A stretch of DNA of 64,000 bases from Deltaproteobacteria bacterium (GTDB lineage Bacteria; Myxococcota; Kuafuiibacteriia; Kuafuiibacteriales; Kuafuiibacteriaceae): assembly GCA_040218735.1 (NCBI GenBank), contig JAVJQW010000017.1, forward strand, positions 96,001 through 160,000. The letters are read 5' to 3'. The translations under genes and the position numbers were made by a program. Below, in pieces: positions 39,914 to 49,288 of this stretch (position 1 is its first letter; each line of letters opens with the position of its first letter). A model generated the notes under the pieces. That model had not been told where the DNA came from. It made no database searches and worked only from the letters and a program-made list of their open reading frames with translations.

Positions 39914-40735
39914 TTGTCTCACCTCCTCCTCATCGCTGGACTGCTCGCCGCACAGAGCGGCTCGCCGGAAGCCGTCTTCAAGGCCGCGATCGAGGACTTC
40001 GAGTTCGGTGAGCACGCGGCCGCGGCCAAGAAGCTCGAAGGCATCCTGAACCCGATCCAGCTGATCAACCGCGAGGACATCATCGTCGCGCGGCAGTACC
40101 TCGGAGCGTGTTACCAGCTCCTCGACGACGCGCCGCGCGCCGAAGAACAGTTTCGGCTGCTGCTCGCGATGGACGACCGGCACCGCCTCGATCCCGAGGT
40201 GTTCTCACCGGCGCTCGTGGAGATGTTCGAGCAGGTGCGTGCGTCGTTCGTGCCGCCTCCGCCGCCGACGACCACGGTGAAGGTGCCACCTCCACCCCCG
40301 CCCCCCGTCGCGGCGGGCCCGCCGCCGCCGATCGTGATCGAGAAGCCGCGCCCCGCGTTCGAGCCACACTCGCGGGCGATGTCGTTCGTGCCGTTCGGCG
40401 TCGGGCAGTTCGCCAATGCGCAGCCGATCAAGGGCGCACTGTTCGCCGGTGGCGAAGCGGCGCTGCTCGGCACGGCGCTGACGACGTTCCTGTTGTTCGA
40501 GAGCCTCAAGGTGAAGACGATCGACGGCGCGACCGGCGAGGTGCTGTCGGTGGAGTTCAAGCCGGAGGACGCCGACCGGGCGCGCACGCTGCAGACGATC
40601 TACCTGGCGACGTTCTGGACTGGGATCGTCGTGGTGGTCGGAGGGATCGTCGAAGCGCTGATCAGCTACCCCGGCGATGACGTGGCGCCCGTCGCCGTGG
40701 AGGCCGGCGCGAACGGCGCGCTGGTGCGGTTCTGA
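39914..40735 (+). CDS. Secreted TPR protein with Pro linker and hydrophobic C-terminus
   Basis: ARQYLGACY...LDPEVFSP, FVPFGVGQFAN; stop overlaps the next start. Confidence 0.75.
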   Translation: MSHLLLIAGLLAAQSGSPEAVFKAAIEDFEFGEHAAAAKKLEGILNPIQLINREDIIVARQYLGACYQLLDDAPRAEEQFRLLLAMDDRHRLDPEVFSPALVEMFEQVRASFVPPPPPTTTVKVPPPPPPPVAAGPPPPIVIEKPRPAFEPHSRAMSFVPFGVGQFANAQPIKGALFAGGEAALLGTALTTFLLFESLKVKTIDGATGEVLSVEFKPEDADRARTLQTIYLATFWTGIVVVVGGIVEALISYPGDDVAPVAVEAGANGALVRF

Positions 40736-42549
40736 TGGCGACGCTCGTCGTGAAGCTCGGCGGCGGGAAGAACCACCTGCTGACGAAGAGCGTGACCTCG
40801 ATCGGGCGGTCGCCGCAGAACGACATTCGGATCGCGCACGAGTCGGTGCGCGACCGGCACGCGCACGTGCTGAAGGACCGGCACGGGTTCCGCATCTTCG
40901 CGACCGATGGCGCGACGATCGTCGTCAACGGGAAGAAGCGCTCGGAGTGGTCGCTGTCGGACGGTGACGCGATCGGGCTCGGCGAGGTCCAGGTCCAGTA
41001 TCGCGTGGTCGACCCGATGGGGGACGACGCGACGGAGCCCTCCGCGGTGCGGCACGAGGTCGTGCGTTCGCGGGATCCGTCGATCTCGGAGTCGGTGCCG
41101 CTCGAGGCGTTCAAGAAGCTGTATCGCTTCAGCGCGAAGATCAACGAGAGCCCGTCCGTGGGGGCAATGAAGAGCAACCTCGTGGACGCGGTCATCGCGC
41201 TCGCGAAGGCCGAGACCGGGTTCTTGCTCGTGGTGCGGGAGAACGGGGTCGCCGAGATCGACGTCGCACGCTCACACGACGGTCAGGACCTCCCGCACGA
41301 GGACGCAAAGCTCTCGGACTCGATCGTGTTGGCGGTGATCGAGCAGCGAAAGCCGCTGCTGTTGTCGGACGCGATGGAGGACTCGATGTTCTCGGACTCG
41401 CGTTCGGTCGTGAACTACCAGCTGCGTTCGGTGATCGCGGTGCCGATCGTCTTGCGCGACGAGATCCTCGGCGTGTTGTACCTCGGGTGTGACCGTCGGA
41501 CCTCGGCGTTCTCGCGCGACTTCCTCGACATCCTCTCGGTGTTCGCGGCGCAAGCGGGCTTGCTCGTGAAGAACGCGATGGTGGTGGACGAGCTGCGCGA
41601 GGACAACCAGGCGCTCAAGCAGGAGCTCGCGGCGCGTGCGTTCGGGGAGATCGTCGGCGAGTCGACGTCGATGCAGGGCATCTTCAAGGCGGTGTCGCGG
41701 TTCGCGCCGACGGACATCTCGGTGCTGATCACGGGTGAGACGGGGACCGGTAAAGAGCTCATCGCGCGCGAGGTCCACCGGCGCTCGGCGCGGGCCGAGG
41801 GGCCGTTCGTCGCGCTCAACATGTCGGCGATCCCGGAGAACCTGCTCGAGGCGGAGCTGTTCGGGCACGTGCGCGGCGCGTTCACGGGTGCGGTCTCGGA
41901 CCGGCGCGGCAAGTTCGCGGAGGCGGACGGCGGGACGCTGTTCCTCGACGAGATCGGCGACATGCCACTTTCGCTTCAGGCGAAGCTGCTGCGCGTGATC
42001 CAGGAGCGCACGGTGGTGCCGGTGGGGAGCAACGAGGGCACGCAGATCGACATCCGGATCCTCTGCGCGACGCACCAGAACCTGGAGACGATGCAGGAGG
42101 AGGGGCGGTTCCGCGCGGACCTCTTCTTCCGACTGAACGAGGTCGAGGTGCACCTTCCGCCGCTGCGTGAGCGCGGCGAGGACGTGGTGCTGCTCGGGAC
42201 GTACTTCCTGTCGAAGTACGCGGAGCAGATGAACGCGCGGGTCCGGCGGTTCACGCCGCGCGCGACGGCGGCGATGAAACGCTACGGCTGGCGCGGCAAC
42301 GTGCGCGAGCTGGAGGCGAAGGTGAAGAAGGCCGTCGTCATGGCGGAGGGGACGGACGTGGACGTCACCGACCTCGCGCTCGACGAGGGCGGGATGTCGA
42401 ACATCATGAGCCTCCGCGACGCGAAGGAAGCGTACGCGAACCGGTACATCCGCGAAGTGCTGGAGCTGAACGACGGCAACCGGAGCAAGACCGCGCGTGA
42501 CCTCGGCGTGGATCCGCGGACGATCTACAAGTACCTCGAAGGGAAGTAG
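40735..42549 (+). CDS. Sigma54-dependent enhancer-binding protein (FHA, GAF, AAA+, Fis-HTH)
   Basis: IGRSPQND FHA, GAF, GETGTGKE, GAFTGA, LFLDEIG, WRGNVREL, terminal HTH. Confidence 0.96.
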   Translation: MATLVVKLGGGKNHLLTKSVTSIGRSPQNDIRIAHESVRDRHAHVLKDRHGFRIFATDGATIVVNGKKRSEWSLSDGDAIGLGEVQVQYRVVDPMGDDATEPSAVRHEVVRSRDPSISESVPLEAFKKLYRFSAKINESPSVGAMKSNLVDAVIALAKAETGFLLVVRENGVAEIDVARSHDGQDLPHEDAKLSDSIVLAVIEQRKPLLLSDAMEDSMFSDSRSVVNYQLRSVIAVPIVLRDEILGVLYLGCDRRTSAFSRDFLDILSVFAAQAGLLVKNAMVVDELREDNQALKQELAARAFGEIVGESTSMQGIFKAVSRFAPTDISVLITGETGTGKELIAREVHRRSARAEGPFVALNMSAIPENLLEAELFGHVRGAFTGAVSDRRGKFAEADGGTLFLDEIGDMPLSLQAKLLRVIQERTVVPVGSNEGTQIDIRILCATHQNLETMQEEGRFRADLFFRLNEVEVHLPPLRERGEDVVLLGTYFLSKYAEQMNARVRRFTPRATAAMKRYGWRGNVRELEAKVKKAVVMAEGTDVDVTDLALDEGGMSNIMSLRDAKEAYANRYIREVLELNDGNRSKTARDLGVDPRTIYKYLEGK

Positions 42550-42903
42550 TCAGTCGTCGAAGAGCGCGTCGGCGCGCTCGACGGAGAGCGACGCAGCGAG
42601 GAGGCGGTCGAGCTCGGCGTCGTCCTCCACCGCGAGGACACGCGCGCGCGTGGCCTCGTCGACTTCGACGGCACGGTGACTGAGGACCTGGAGGATCGCG
42701 GTAGCGCGCCCGGCGCGGTGGCCTTGGTGACGGCCTTCTTCGCGGCCTTCTTCGCGGCCTTCTTCGCGCCCTTCTTCGCGCCCTTCTTCCTGCCCGAGCT
42801 TCAGCCCCAAGGCGCGCCCCTCGGCGATCGCCTGTTCGCGCAGCTTCTTGTCGCGCGGCCCGAAGGTGCGGTCGTACTCCTCCATCAACTCGAACAAACC
42901 CAT
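42550..42903 (-). CDS. Putative internal in-frame small protein (RpnS-like, 117 aa)
   Basis: Strong SD GAGGTG 6 nt before in-frame ATG 42903, upstream of the EEGR repeats. Confidence 0.55.
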   Translation of the reverse strand: MGLFELMEEYDRTFGPRDKKLREQAIAEGRALGLKLGQEEGREEGREEGREEGREEGRHQGHRAGRATAILQVLSHRAVEVDEATRARVLAVEDDAELDRLLAASLSVERADALFDD

Positions 42904-43527
42904 GTCACTCACCTCGCGGCGGCGCTTCTTCGACAGCGCCTGATCGATCAACGCCAAGTATAGCCCCTTTTCGGTCCGTTCGAGGCCGGCGATCCCCGAG
43001 AAGGCCGCTGCGACGGCCTTCAAGCCATCGGGCTCGTTCCCGTGCGCGACTGCCGACAAGACCGCGAGCTCCGGGTGACTCAGCGCCTCTCGGCCCGCCT
43101 GTACGGCCGGGACCGCGTGCGGCGACAGCACCTCGGTCTGGAACACCGAACGACCGCCCAACGCGATCGACCGCGCCGCCCACGCCGCGACCCGCGCGTT
43201 CGGCGCGACGACCAACACCAACACCGGGCACCGCCAACGCGCCCGCGCGTTCACGCCGTACACCGGCCACGTCCACCGCTTCTGAGCGTCGACGCGGAGC
43301 TGCACCTCGAGCACGATCACCAGCACCGCATCGCCGCCGCGCTCCAACACCAACACGAGGTCTGCGGCATATTCGGCCGGCGCGAGCTCGTTCATCGCCG
43401 CCTCCGCGACGCGCACGACGTCGAACTTCGGCACCGCAGCGCCGAGCGAGCGACGACACAGGTCCACCGCCAACGAGGTGTCGGCGCGGAACAGCTCGAT
43501 CAACGCTTCGTGCAGGAACGAGGGCAC
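42550..43527 (-). CDS. Rpn/YhgA-like PD-(D/E)XK nuclease family protein
   Basis: [22 protein letters not shown]...KRWTWPVY, C-terminal EEGR repeats and helical tail. Confidence 0.8.
   Translation of the reverse strand: MPSFLHEALIELFRADTSLAVDLCRRSLGAAVPKFDVVRVAEAAMNELAPAEYAADLVLVLERGGDAVLVIVLEVQLRVDAQKRWTWPVYGVNARARWRCPVLVLVVAPNARVAAWAARSIALGGRSVFQTEVLSPHAVPAVQAGREALSHPELAVLSAVAHGNEPDGLKAVAAAFSGIAGLERTEKGLYLALIDQALSKKRRREVSDMGLFELMEEYDRTFGPRDKKLREQAIAEGRALGLKLGQEEGREEGREEGREEGREEGRHQGHRAGRATAILQVLSHRAVEVDEATRARVLAVEDDAELDRLLAASLSVERADALFDD
42731..42790. repeat. 12-bp tandem repeat x5 encoding EEGR
   Basis: CGGCCTTCTTCG x3, CGCCCTTCTTCG, CGCCCTTCTTCC. Confidence 0.92.
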
Positions 43528-43614
43528 GGTGCGGGGACACTGAGGGGCGCGCAGGGCGCGTGGCACGAAGAATCGGTTTGGAAATCATTGGGCTTTCGTC
43601 GTACGACGCGACGC

Positions 43615-44367
43615 ATGCGTCCGAGGTTGGGAGTCAACGTCGATCACATCGCCACGATCCGGCAGGCGCGTCGCACGGCCTATCCGGACCCGGTGGAAGC
43701 GGCGCTCGTCGCGGAGCGCGCCGGCGCGGATCAGATCACGGTGCACCTGCGGGAGGACCGTCGTCACATCCAGGAGCGCGACGTCGACATCCTTCGTCGC
43801 GTCGTGAAGACCGAGCTCAACCTGGAGATGGCGGCGTCGCAGGAGATGGTCGCCATCGCGCTGAAGTACAGCCCCGACACGGTCACGCTGGTCCCCGAGC
43901 GTCGCGAAGAGCTCACCACCGAAGGCGGCCTCGACGTCATTCAGAACCGCGAGAACCTCCAGCGCGCGATCCGCCTGCTGCAGGACGGCAACATCCGCGT
44001 CTCGATGTTCATCGACCCGGACCTCGATCAAGTCCGCGCGTCACACAAACTCGACGCCCACGCGGTCGAGATCCACACCGGACGTTACGCCGAGGCGCGC
44101 AGCTTCAAGGAGCGCAGCGAAGAGCTCGGACGCATCCGCGACGCCGCGAAGGCCGCCGCGAAGCTCGGGCTCGGCGTCGCCGCCGGCCACGGCCTGCACT
44201 ACGACAACACTATCCCCGTCGCGCGCATCCTCGAGATCGTCGAGCTCAACATCGGCCACGCGATCGTCGCGCGCGCGATGCTCAGCGGAATGGAGGTCGC
44301 CGTGCGCGACATGATCGCGCAGATGCGCGAAGCCCGCGCCGACCTCGTCCGCACACCCGGGCGCTAA
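43615..44367 (+). CDS. pdxJ: Pyridoxine 5'-phosphate synthase
   Basis: [48 protein letters not shown]. Confidence 0.97.
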   Translation: MRPRLGVNVDHIATIRQARRTAYPDPVEAALVAERAGADQITVHLREDRRHIQERDVDILRRVVKTELNLEMAASQEMVAIALKYSPDTVTLVPERREELTTEGGLDVIQNRENLQRAIRLLQDGNIRVSMFIDPDLDQVRASHKLDAHAVEIHTGRYAEARSFKERSEELGRIRDAAKAAAKLGLGVAAGHGLHYDNTIPVARILEIVELNIGHAIVARAMLSGMEVAVRDMIAQMREARADLVRTPGR

Positions 44368-45029
44368 CCCACCTCGAGGGTCTCTTCGATCCACGCGACG
44401 ATCGCCGCGAGGCGATGTCCGCTCGCCAAGTAATCTGCGTAGAGGTCACGCGCCCGGGCCGGATCCGCCGTCGGGATCGCGCGGGCCGTCTCGAAGTCGA
44501 ACACGATCGACGGCGCCGCGCGCGCGGCCTGCATCGACAGACAAGGCGGCGCCCCGTCGGCGCTTCGGTGCAGCAGCCAGTACCCAAGCGCGACCTCACG
44601 CGTCTGTGCCCGGTTGCCGAAGGGGTCGTCCTTCACCGTCGCCCAAACGTCGGGAAGGACCTCGAGCCAATCCGCCACCTCACACTCCACCGCGGCGTTG
44701 TCGAGCCACCCCGAAGTCGTCCGAAAGCCGCGCGGCGCGAGCATGTAGCGTTCGAGGAATCGCGACGTCGCGCGCGCGACCAACACCGGTCGACTCGTTG
44801 GCGCCTTCGTCTCCGGCCGCCACCCGGCGGCGACCGCGATGCGATCCACGAGCTCGCGACTCGGAACACCTTCGATCAACTCGAGCACCGTTCCGATCCT
44901 CCGGCCATTCACCGAGATCGAGCCGTTCTCACCGCCGCCCAGCCCCAAGTCGATCTCGAGCTTCGCGCCGTGTTTCCTGTGAATCCGGAGGACTCCGTGC
45001 GGCGAGGCGCCCGGATAGAACTGACGCAC
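44364..45029 (-). CDS. Hypothetical protein (possible TY-Chap2/YbjN-like peptide chaperone)
   Basis: ORF directly after the phosphatase; start uncertain; family resemblance from memory only. Confidence 0.45.
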   Translation of the reverse strand: MRQFYPGASPHGVLRIHRKHGAKLEIDLGLGGGENGSISVNGRRIGTVLELIEGVPSRELVDRIAVAAGWRPETKAPTSRPVLVARATSRFLERYMLAPRGFRTTSGWLDNAAVECEVADWLEVLPDVWATVKDDPFGNRAQTREVALGYWLLHRSADGAPPCLSMQAARAAPSIVFDFETARAIPTADPARARDLYADYLASGHRLAAIVAWIEETLEVG

Positions 45030-45036
45030 GCCGAGC

Positions 45037-46005
45037 TCACCGACACACCCACACCACCTCGCTCTCGGGATACCGGTACGCCCCGACACACGCGCGCTCG
45101 CCGACGCGCGTCACACCATTGAAGTCCACACACACCGCCATCGCGCCGTCCGCAACGCGACGCCGCCCCGCGCCCGTCACCGACGCGTGCGAGCCCTCCA
45201 ACCACGCACGAAGCCTCGGGTGTCCGCTCGGGTGCGGCGGCACGAAGGCGTCGTGCACGCGGGGCACCGGCGGCATGTTCCAGTAGTGCCCGAACACGAT
45301 GCGCACGTCGCGGGGCACCTCGTCGCGCTCCGGCAACCACCACTGCGCTCGGACATGGTCGCGCACGACGCCATCGTTGTCGGTGAACGGCTCCGCGGCA
45401 CGGTGCTCGTAACCCTTCACGAAGACCTCGAGCGCCTTCTCCCACTGCCCCGAGAAACGCTCGGTCGGCATGCCCTCGCGAAACGCACCCGCCGCGTACG
45501 CGGCGTGCAGTCGAACGTAGGGCGCCCAGTCCGCGTGCACGGGGATCGGGCCCGGCGAACCGAGCGCCGGGGCGAGCGCGTCGAAACAGCCTTGGTGCCA
45601 CACGGCGTGGGTCACGCGGAGCCCGGGGAGCTCGACGGCGAGCGGCAACGTCTCGAAGAACGCGAGGAGCGGGTCCCACCGCTCGGGTCGACTTTCGATC
45701 TGTTCGATCGTCGCGCGGTTCGACGCCTTCGGTTTCGTTCGGCCCGCGCGCCACTCCACGAGGTTGAGCTCGTGATTGCCGAGGAGACACAGCGCTCGCC
45801 CTTCGGCGCATCGGTCGGCGACCCAGCGGCTGACCTCGTAGCTCGCCGGACCCCGGTCGACGAGGTCACCTACGAACAAGAGTCGGCGGTCCTCGGGATG
45901 AGATCCGTCGGCGTCGTAGCCGAGCTCCTCGACGAGCGACTCGAGCGCGGCGAGCTGCCCGTGGATGTCGCCGATGACATCGACGCCGAACGAAGGGCGC
46001 TCCAC
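45037..46005 (-). CDS. Metallophosphoesterase (PPP/ApaH-like)
   Basis: GDIHG, GDLVDRG, GNHE, FGHYW motifs. Confidence 0.92.
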   Translation of the reverse strand: MERPSFGVDVIGDIHGQLAALESLVEELGYDADGSHPEDRRLLFVGDLVDRGPASYEVSRWVADRCAEGRALCLLGNHELNLVEWRAGRTKPKASNRATIEQIESRPERWDPLLAFFETLPLAVELPGLRVTHAVWHQGCFDALAPALGSPGPIPVHADWAPYVRLHAAYAAGAFREGMPTERFSGQWEKALEVFVKGYEHRAAEPFTDNDGVVRDHVRAQWWLPERDEVPRDVRIVFGHYWNMPPVPRVHDAFVPPHPSGHPRLRAWLEGSHASVTGAGRRRVADGAMAVCVDFNGVTRVGERACVGAYRYPESEVVWVCR

Positions 46006-46006
46006 C

Positions 46007-47362
46007 TCAGCGGATCGCCTTCTCCAGCGCCGACGCGATCTCCTCCGCGTACCGGCGCGTCACATCCATGTCCGGCCCCTCGACCATCACGCGGGCCTTG
46101 TTCTCGGTGCCGCTGTAGCGGACGAGCACCCGGCCTTCGCCGTCGAGCTCCTTTTCGATCTTGGCGATCGTCGAGGTCACGCCCTCGAGCGTCTCGAGCG
46201 GCGGCTTCGCCTTCACCGGGACGTTGATCAGGTGCTGCGGTACGCGGTCGAAGACCTTCGCGAGGTCCGAGATCGAACGCCCCGTCGCGACCGCGACCTC
46301 CAAGAGCCGCAGCCCCGCGATGCACCCGTCGCCGGTCGACGAGTGCTCCAGGAAGATGAGGTGCCCCGACTGCTCGCCGCCGAACGTGTAGCCGTGCTGC
46401 CGCATGCACTCGACCACGTACCGATCGCCGACCCCCGTGCGCACGACCTTGCCCCCGACCTGGTCGAGCGAACGCTCCAACCCGATGTTCGACATCACCG
46501 TGCTCACCACCGTGTTGTCGTGCAGTTTGCCGCGCTCGATCAGATCGCGACCGCAGATCGCCATCACCGCGTCGCCATCGACGACCTGCCCGAGCTCGTC
46601 CACCAGGATCACGCGGTCCGCGTCGCCGTCGAGCGCGATGCCCGCGTCGGCGCCGTGTTCGATCACCGCTTGGCGCAAGCGCTTCGGGTGCACCGCACCG
46701 CAGTTCTCGTTGATGTTCCGCCCGTTGGGGTTGTCGTACATCGTGATGACGTTCGCCCCGAGCTCCTCGAACACCTGCGGCGCGACCTTGTACGCCGCGC
46801 CGTTTGCGCAATCGACGACGAGCTTCAACCCGTCGAGCGAACGCCCGCCGTCGAAGGTCGTCTTCACGAACTGCACGTAGCGCCCGCGCGCGTCCTCCAT
46901 CTTGAGCGTCTTGCCGATCTCCGTGGCCGTCGGACGAATCGAATCGATTTCACCCGAGTCCAGCAGCGACTCGATCTCCGCCTCGATCTCGTCCGCGAGC
47001 TTGAACCCGTCCGGACCGAAGAACTTGATCCCGTTGTCCTGGAAAGGGTTGTGTGACGCCGAAAGCATGATCCCCGCGTCGCACCGCATCGTCTTCGTCA
47101 GAAAGGCGATCGCCGGCGTCGGCAGCGGCCCGGTCAACCGCACGTCCACCCCGAACGAACACACGCCCGAGGCGATCGCGAACTCCAACATGTACCCGGA
47201 GATCCGCGTGTCCTTGCCGATGATGATCTTGTGCCGGTGCGCACCGCGTTTGCTGATGTGCGCGATGGCGCGCCCCAGCTTCAGCGCGACCTCCGCCGTC
47301 ATCGGGTGCTCGTTCGCGACCCCGCGAACCCCGTCGGTACCGAACAGCTTGCGTGCGACCAT
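46007..47362 (-). CDS. glmM: Phosphoglucosamine mutase
   Basis: FGTDGVRG, SASHNP, DGDADR, GGEQSGH, RYSGTE. Confidence 0.97.
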   Translation of the reverse strand: MVARKLFGTDGVRGVANEHPMTAEVALKLGRAIAHISKRGAHRHKIIIGKDTRISGYMLEFAIASGVCSFGVDVRLTGPLPTPAIAFLTKTMRCDAGIMLSASHNPFQDNGIKFFGPDGFKLADEIEAEIESLLDSGEIDSIRPTATEIGKTLKMEDARGRYVQFVKTTFDGGRSLDGLKLVVDCANGAAYKVAPQVFEELGANVITMYDNPNGRNINENCGAVHPKRLRQAVIEHGADAGIALDGDADRVILVDELGQVVDGDAVMAICGRDLIERGKLHDNTVVSTVMSNIGLERSLDQVGGKVVRTGVGDRYVVECMRQHGYTFGGEQSGHLIFLEHSSTGDGCIAGLRLLEVAVATGRSISDLAKVFDRVPQHLINVPVKAKPPLETLEGVTSTIAKIEKELDGEGRVLVRYSGTENKARVMVEGPDMDVTRRYAEEIASALEKAIR

Positions 47363-47374
47363 CTTGTCGTCGCG

Positions 47375-48241
47375 TTATCGCAACGAAATCGGACCCGGAG
47401 CAAGAATCGAGGAGCCGCGACACCACGCATCCGCGACGCGCACCACGTCGACCATCGCCGCCACGTCGTGCACCCGCACCATCGCCGCCCCTCGCGCGAT
47501 CGACAGCGCGACCGTCGCCGCCGTCCCCATCTCGCGATCCTCGACGCCCTTGTTCGTGATCGCCCCGATGAAGCTCTTGCGCGAAGTCCCCACCAACACC
47601 GGCCCGAGCTCGGCCAGCACCTCCAGGTTCCGCAACAGCTCCAGGTTGTCCTCGACCGTCTTCCCGAACCCGATGCCCGGGTCGAGCAACATCGCATCCT
47701 CGCCGACCCCCGCCGCGCGGCCCACCGCCACCGCGTTCGCGAGCGCGGACTTCACGGCGGCCACGACGCCGCCCTCGTATTCGAGCGGCCCCTCCTGCAT
47801 CACCTCGGGCCGCGCGCGGGTGTGCATCAAGGCGACCGCGACCCGCGCGTCGGCGACGACCCGAGGCATGTCCGCGTCGAACCGGAACGCAGAGATGTCG
47901 TTCACCAGGCAGGCGCCCGCCTCGATCGCCCGCTGCGCCACCGAAGCCTTCGTCGTATCGATCGAGATCCGCGCCACCCCACCGCGCACCAGCCCCTCGA
48001 TTACCGGCACCACCCGCGCCGTCTCCTCCTCCGCCGACACGATCGGCGCGCCGGGCCGCGTCGACTCCCCGCCCACGTCGATGACGTCCGCCCCCGCCTC
48101 CGCCAGCGCGAGGCCCCGCGCCACACGGGCCTCGACGGACGCCTCCCGGCCGTCCGAGAACGAATCCGGCGTCGCGTTGAGGATCCCCATCACGAGGGTT
48201 CGGTGACCCAAGGCCGGCCACAGCGCTGAAATTGCCGCCAC
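47375..48241 (-). CDS. folP: Dihydropteroate synthase
   Basis: MGILNATPDSFSDG, DVGGESTRPG, DPGIGFGK, SRKSF, VRVHDV. Confidence 0.97.
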   Translation of the reverse strand: MAAISALWPALGHRTLVMGILNATPDSFSDGREASVEARVARGLALAEAGADVIDVGGESTRPGAPIVSAEEETARVVPVIEGLVRGGVARISIDTTKASVAQRAIEAGACLVNDISAFRFDADMPRVVADARVAVALMHTRARPEVMQEGPLEYEGGVVAAVKSALANAVAVGRAAGVGEDAMLLDPGIGFGKTVEDNLELLRNLEVLAELGPVLVGTSRKSFIGAITNKGVEDREMGTAATVALSIARGAAMVRVHDVAAMVDVVRVADAWCRGSSILAPGPISLR

Positions 48242-48330
48242 GTCGCGAATACGAAGCCCTGTGGCCTCGCCTAGACATCGGACGATCGAGTGAAGACAAA
48301 CACGATCCCTCTCCCGGAGAATGTAGGAGC

Positions 48331-49197
48331 GTGTCGGGCGTGAAGCTGAGTCGGGTCACCGAACCCGTCCTTCGACAAACTGCGTTCTCAGTGGAGCAAA
48401 TGGCTCCCGGCGGCGTGGAACGCCCCGAGTGCGGGGCCGTGCGCCCCGCCGATCTCGAACGCGGGGTCGCGCGCCTCACCGAGCTCCTCTCCCGACCGGG
48501 GCAGCGCGACGACGGCAAACGCAACGCGCTGGGTCTCGTCCTCGAGCGCACGCGCTCGTTGCAGGACCTGATCGACCAGGAGCGCAGCGAGGGCGTCGTC
48601 TACCTCAACGAGGCCGAGTTCGCGCTGCAACCCCGCTTGCGCTCCGCCGCCATCGAGATCGACTTCTCCTTCGGCGACAAGGACGGCAAGGTCTCCACCG
48701 AGGACATCGCCGAAGCGCGCCGCCACTACGGCCAGGTCCGCGGCCCCGTAGGCTGGAACCGACTCCTCCTCACGGACGAGATCGAGCGCCGCCTCTACCC
48801 GGAGCGCACGCTCCGAACGACGGAAGGCCTCCGCCTCCTCCCCGAGGACTGGCTCACCGGCCCGCCCGACTCCCTCGCGCGCCTGCGGAAGGTCTGCCGC
48901 TACCTCGACGACTCCGCCCTCGCCCGGACCTACGCCGACATCGCGGCGCGGCTCGCGACGGTGGCCAATCGCGCGCCCGACTCGGACCTGTCCCAGGTCT
49001 TCGAGGAGGCCCTGGTCCTCCTCGGCAAGGAGATCCGCTCGCGGAACAGCGTCCGCCCCACGATCACGGACATCGCGCGCATCGGCTGCGAGGATCCCCA
49101 GGTCAAAGAGTGGCTCAAGACCCCGATCGAGATGTCCCGGCGCCTCCAGCCCAGCTCCCTCATCGACCGCTATCTGACGAACACCGACCCGAACTGA
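48331..49197 (+). CDS. Hypothetical protein with EF-hand-like loop
   Basis: Good codon bias; DKDGKVSTED segment; start uncertain (GTG 48331 or 48340). Confidence 0.65.
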   Translation: MSGVKLSRVTEPVLRQTAFSVEQMAPGGVERPECGAVRPADLERGVARLTELLSRPGQRDDGKRNALGLVLERTRSLQDLIDQERSEGVVYLNEAEFALQPRLRSAAIEIDFSFGDKDGKVSTEDIAEARRHYGQVRGPVGWNRLLLTDEIERRLYPERTLRTTEGLRLLPEDWLTGPPDSLARLRKVCRYLDDSALARTYADIAARLATVANRAPDSDLSQVFEEALVLLGKEIRSRNSVRPTITDIARIGCEDPQVKEWLKTPIEMSRRLQPSSLIDRYLTNTDPN

Positions 49198-49288
49198 GGC
49201 GCCCCGACGCTTCCCGACAGGGGTGCTACCCTTCCGTACATCGGCGGGTTGGCTTCAGGTCCAGGCACGCCCATCCTTGACGTCGGGT

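Noticed and set aside
42550-43527. Insertion sequence or transposase
   Set aside because: No terminal inverted repeats or target duplication seen; Rpn/YhgA-like proteins are not demonstrated transposases.
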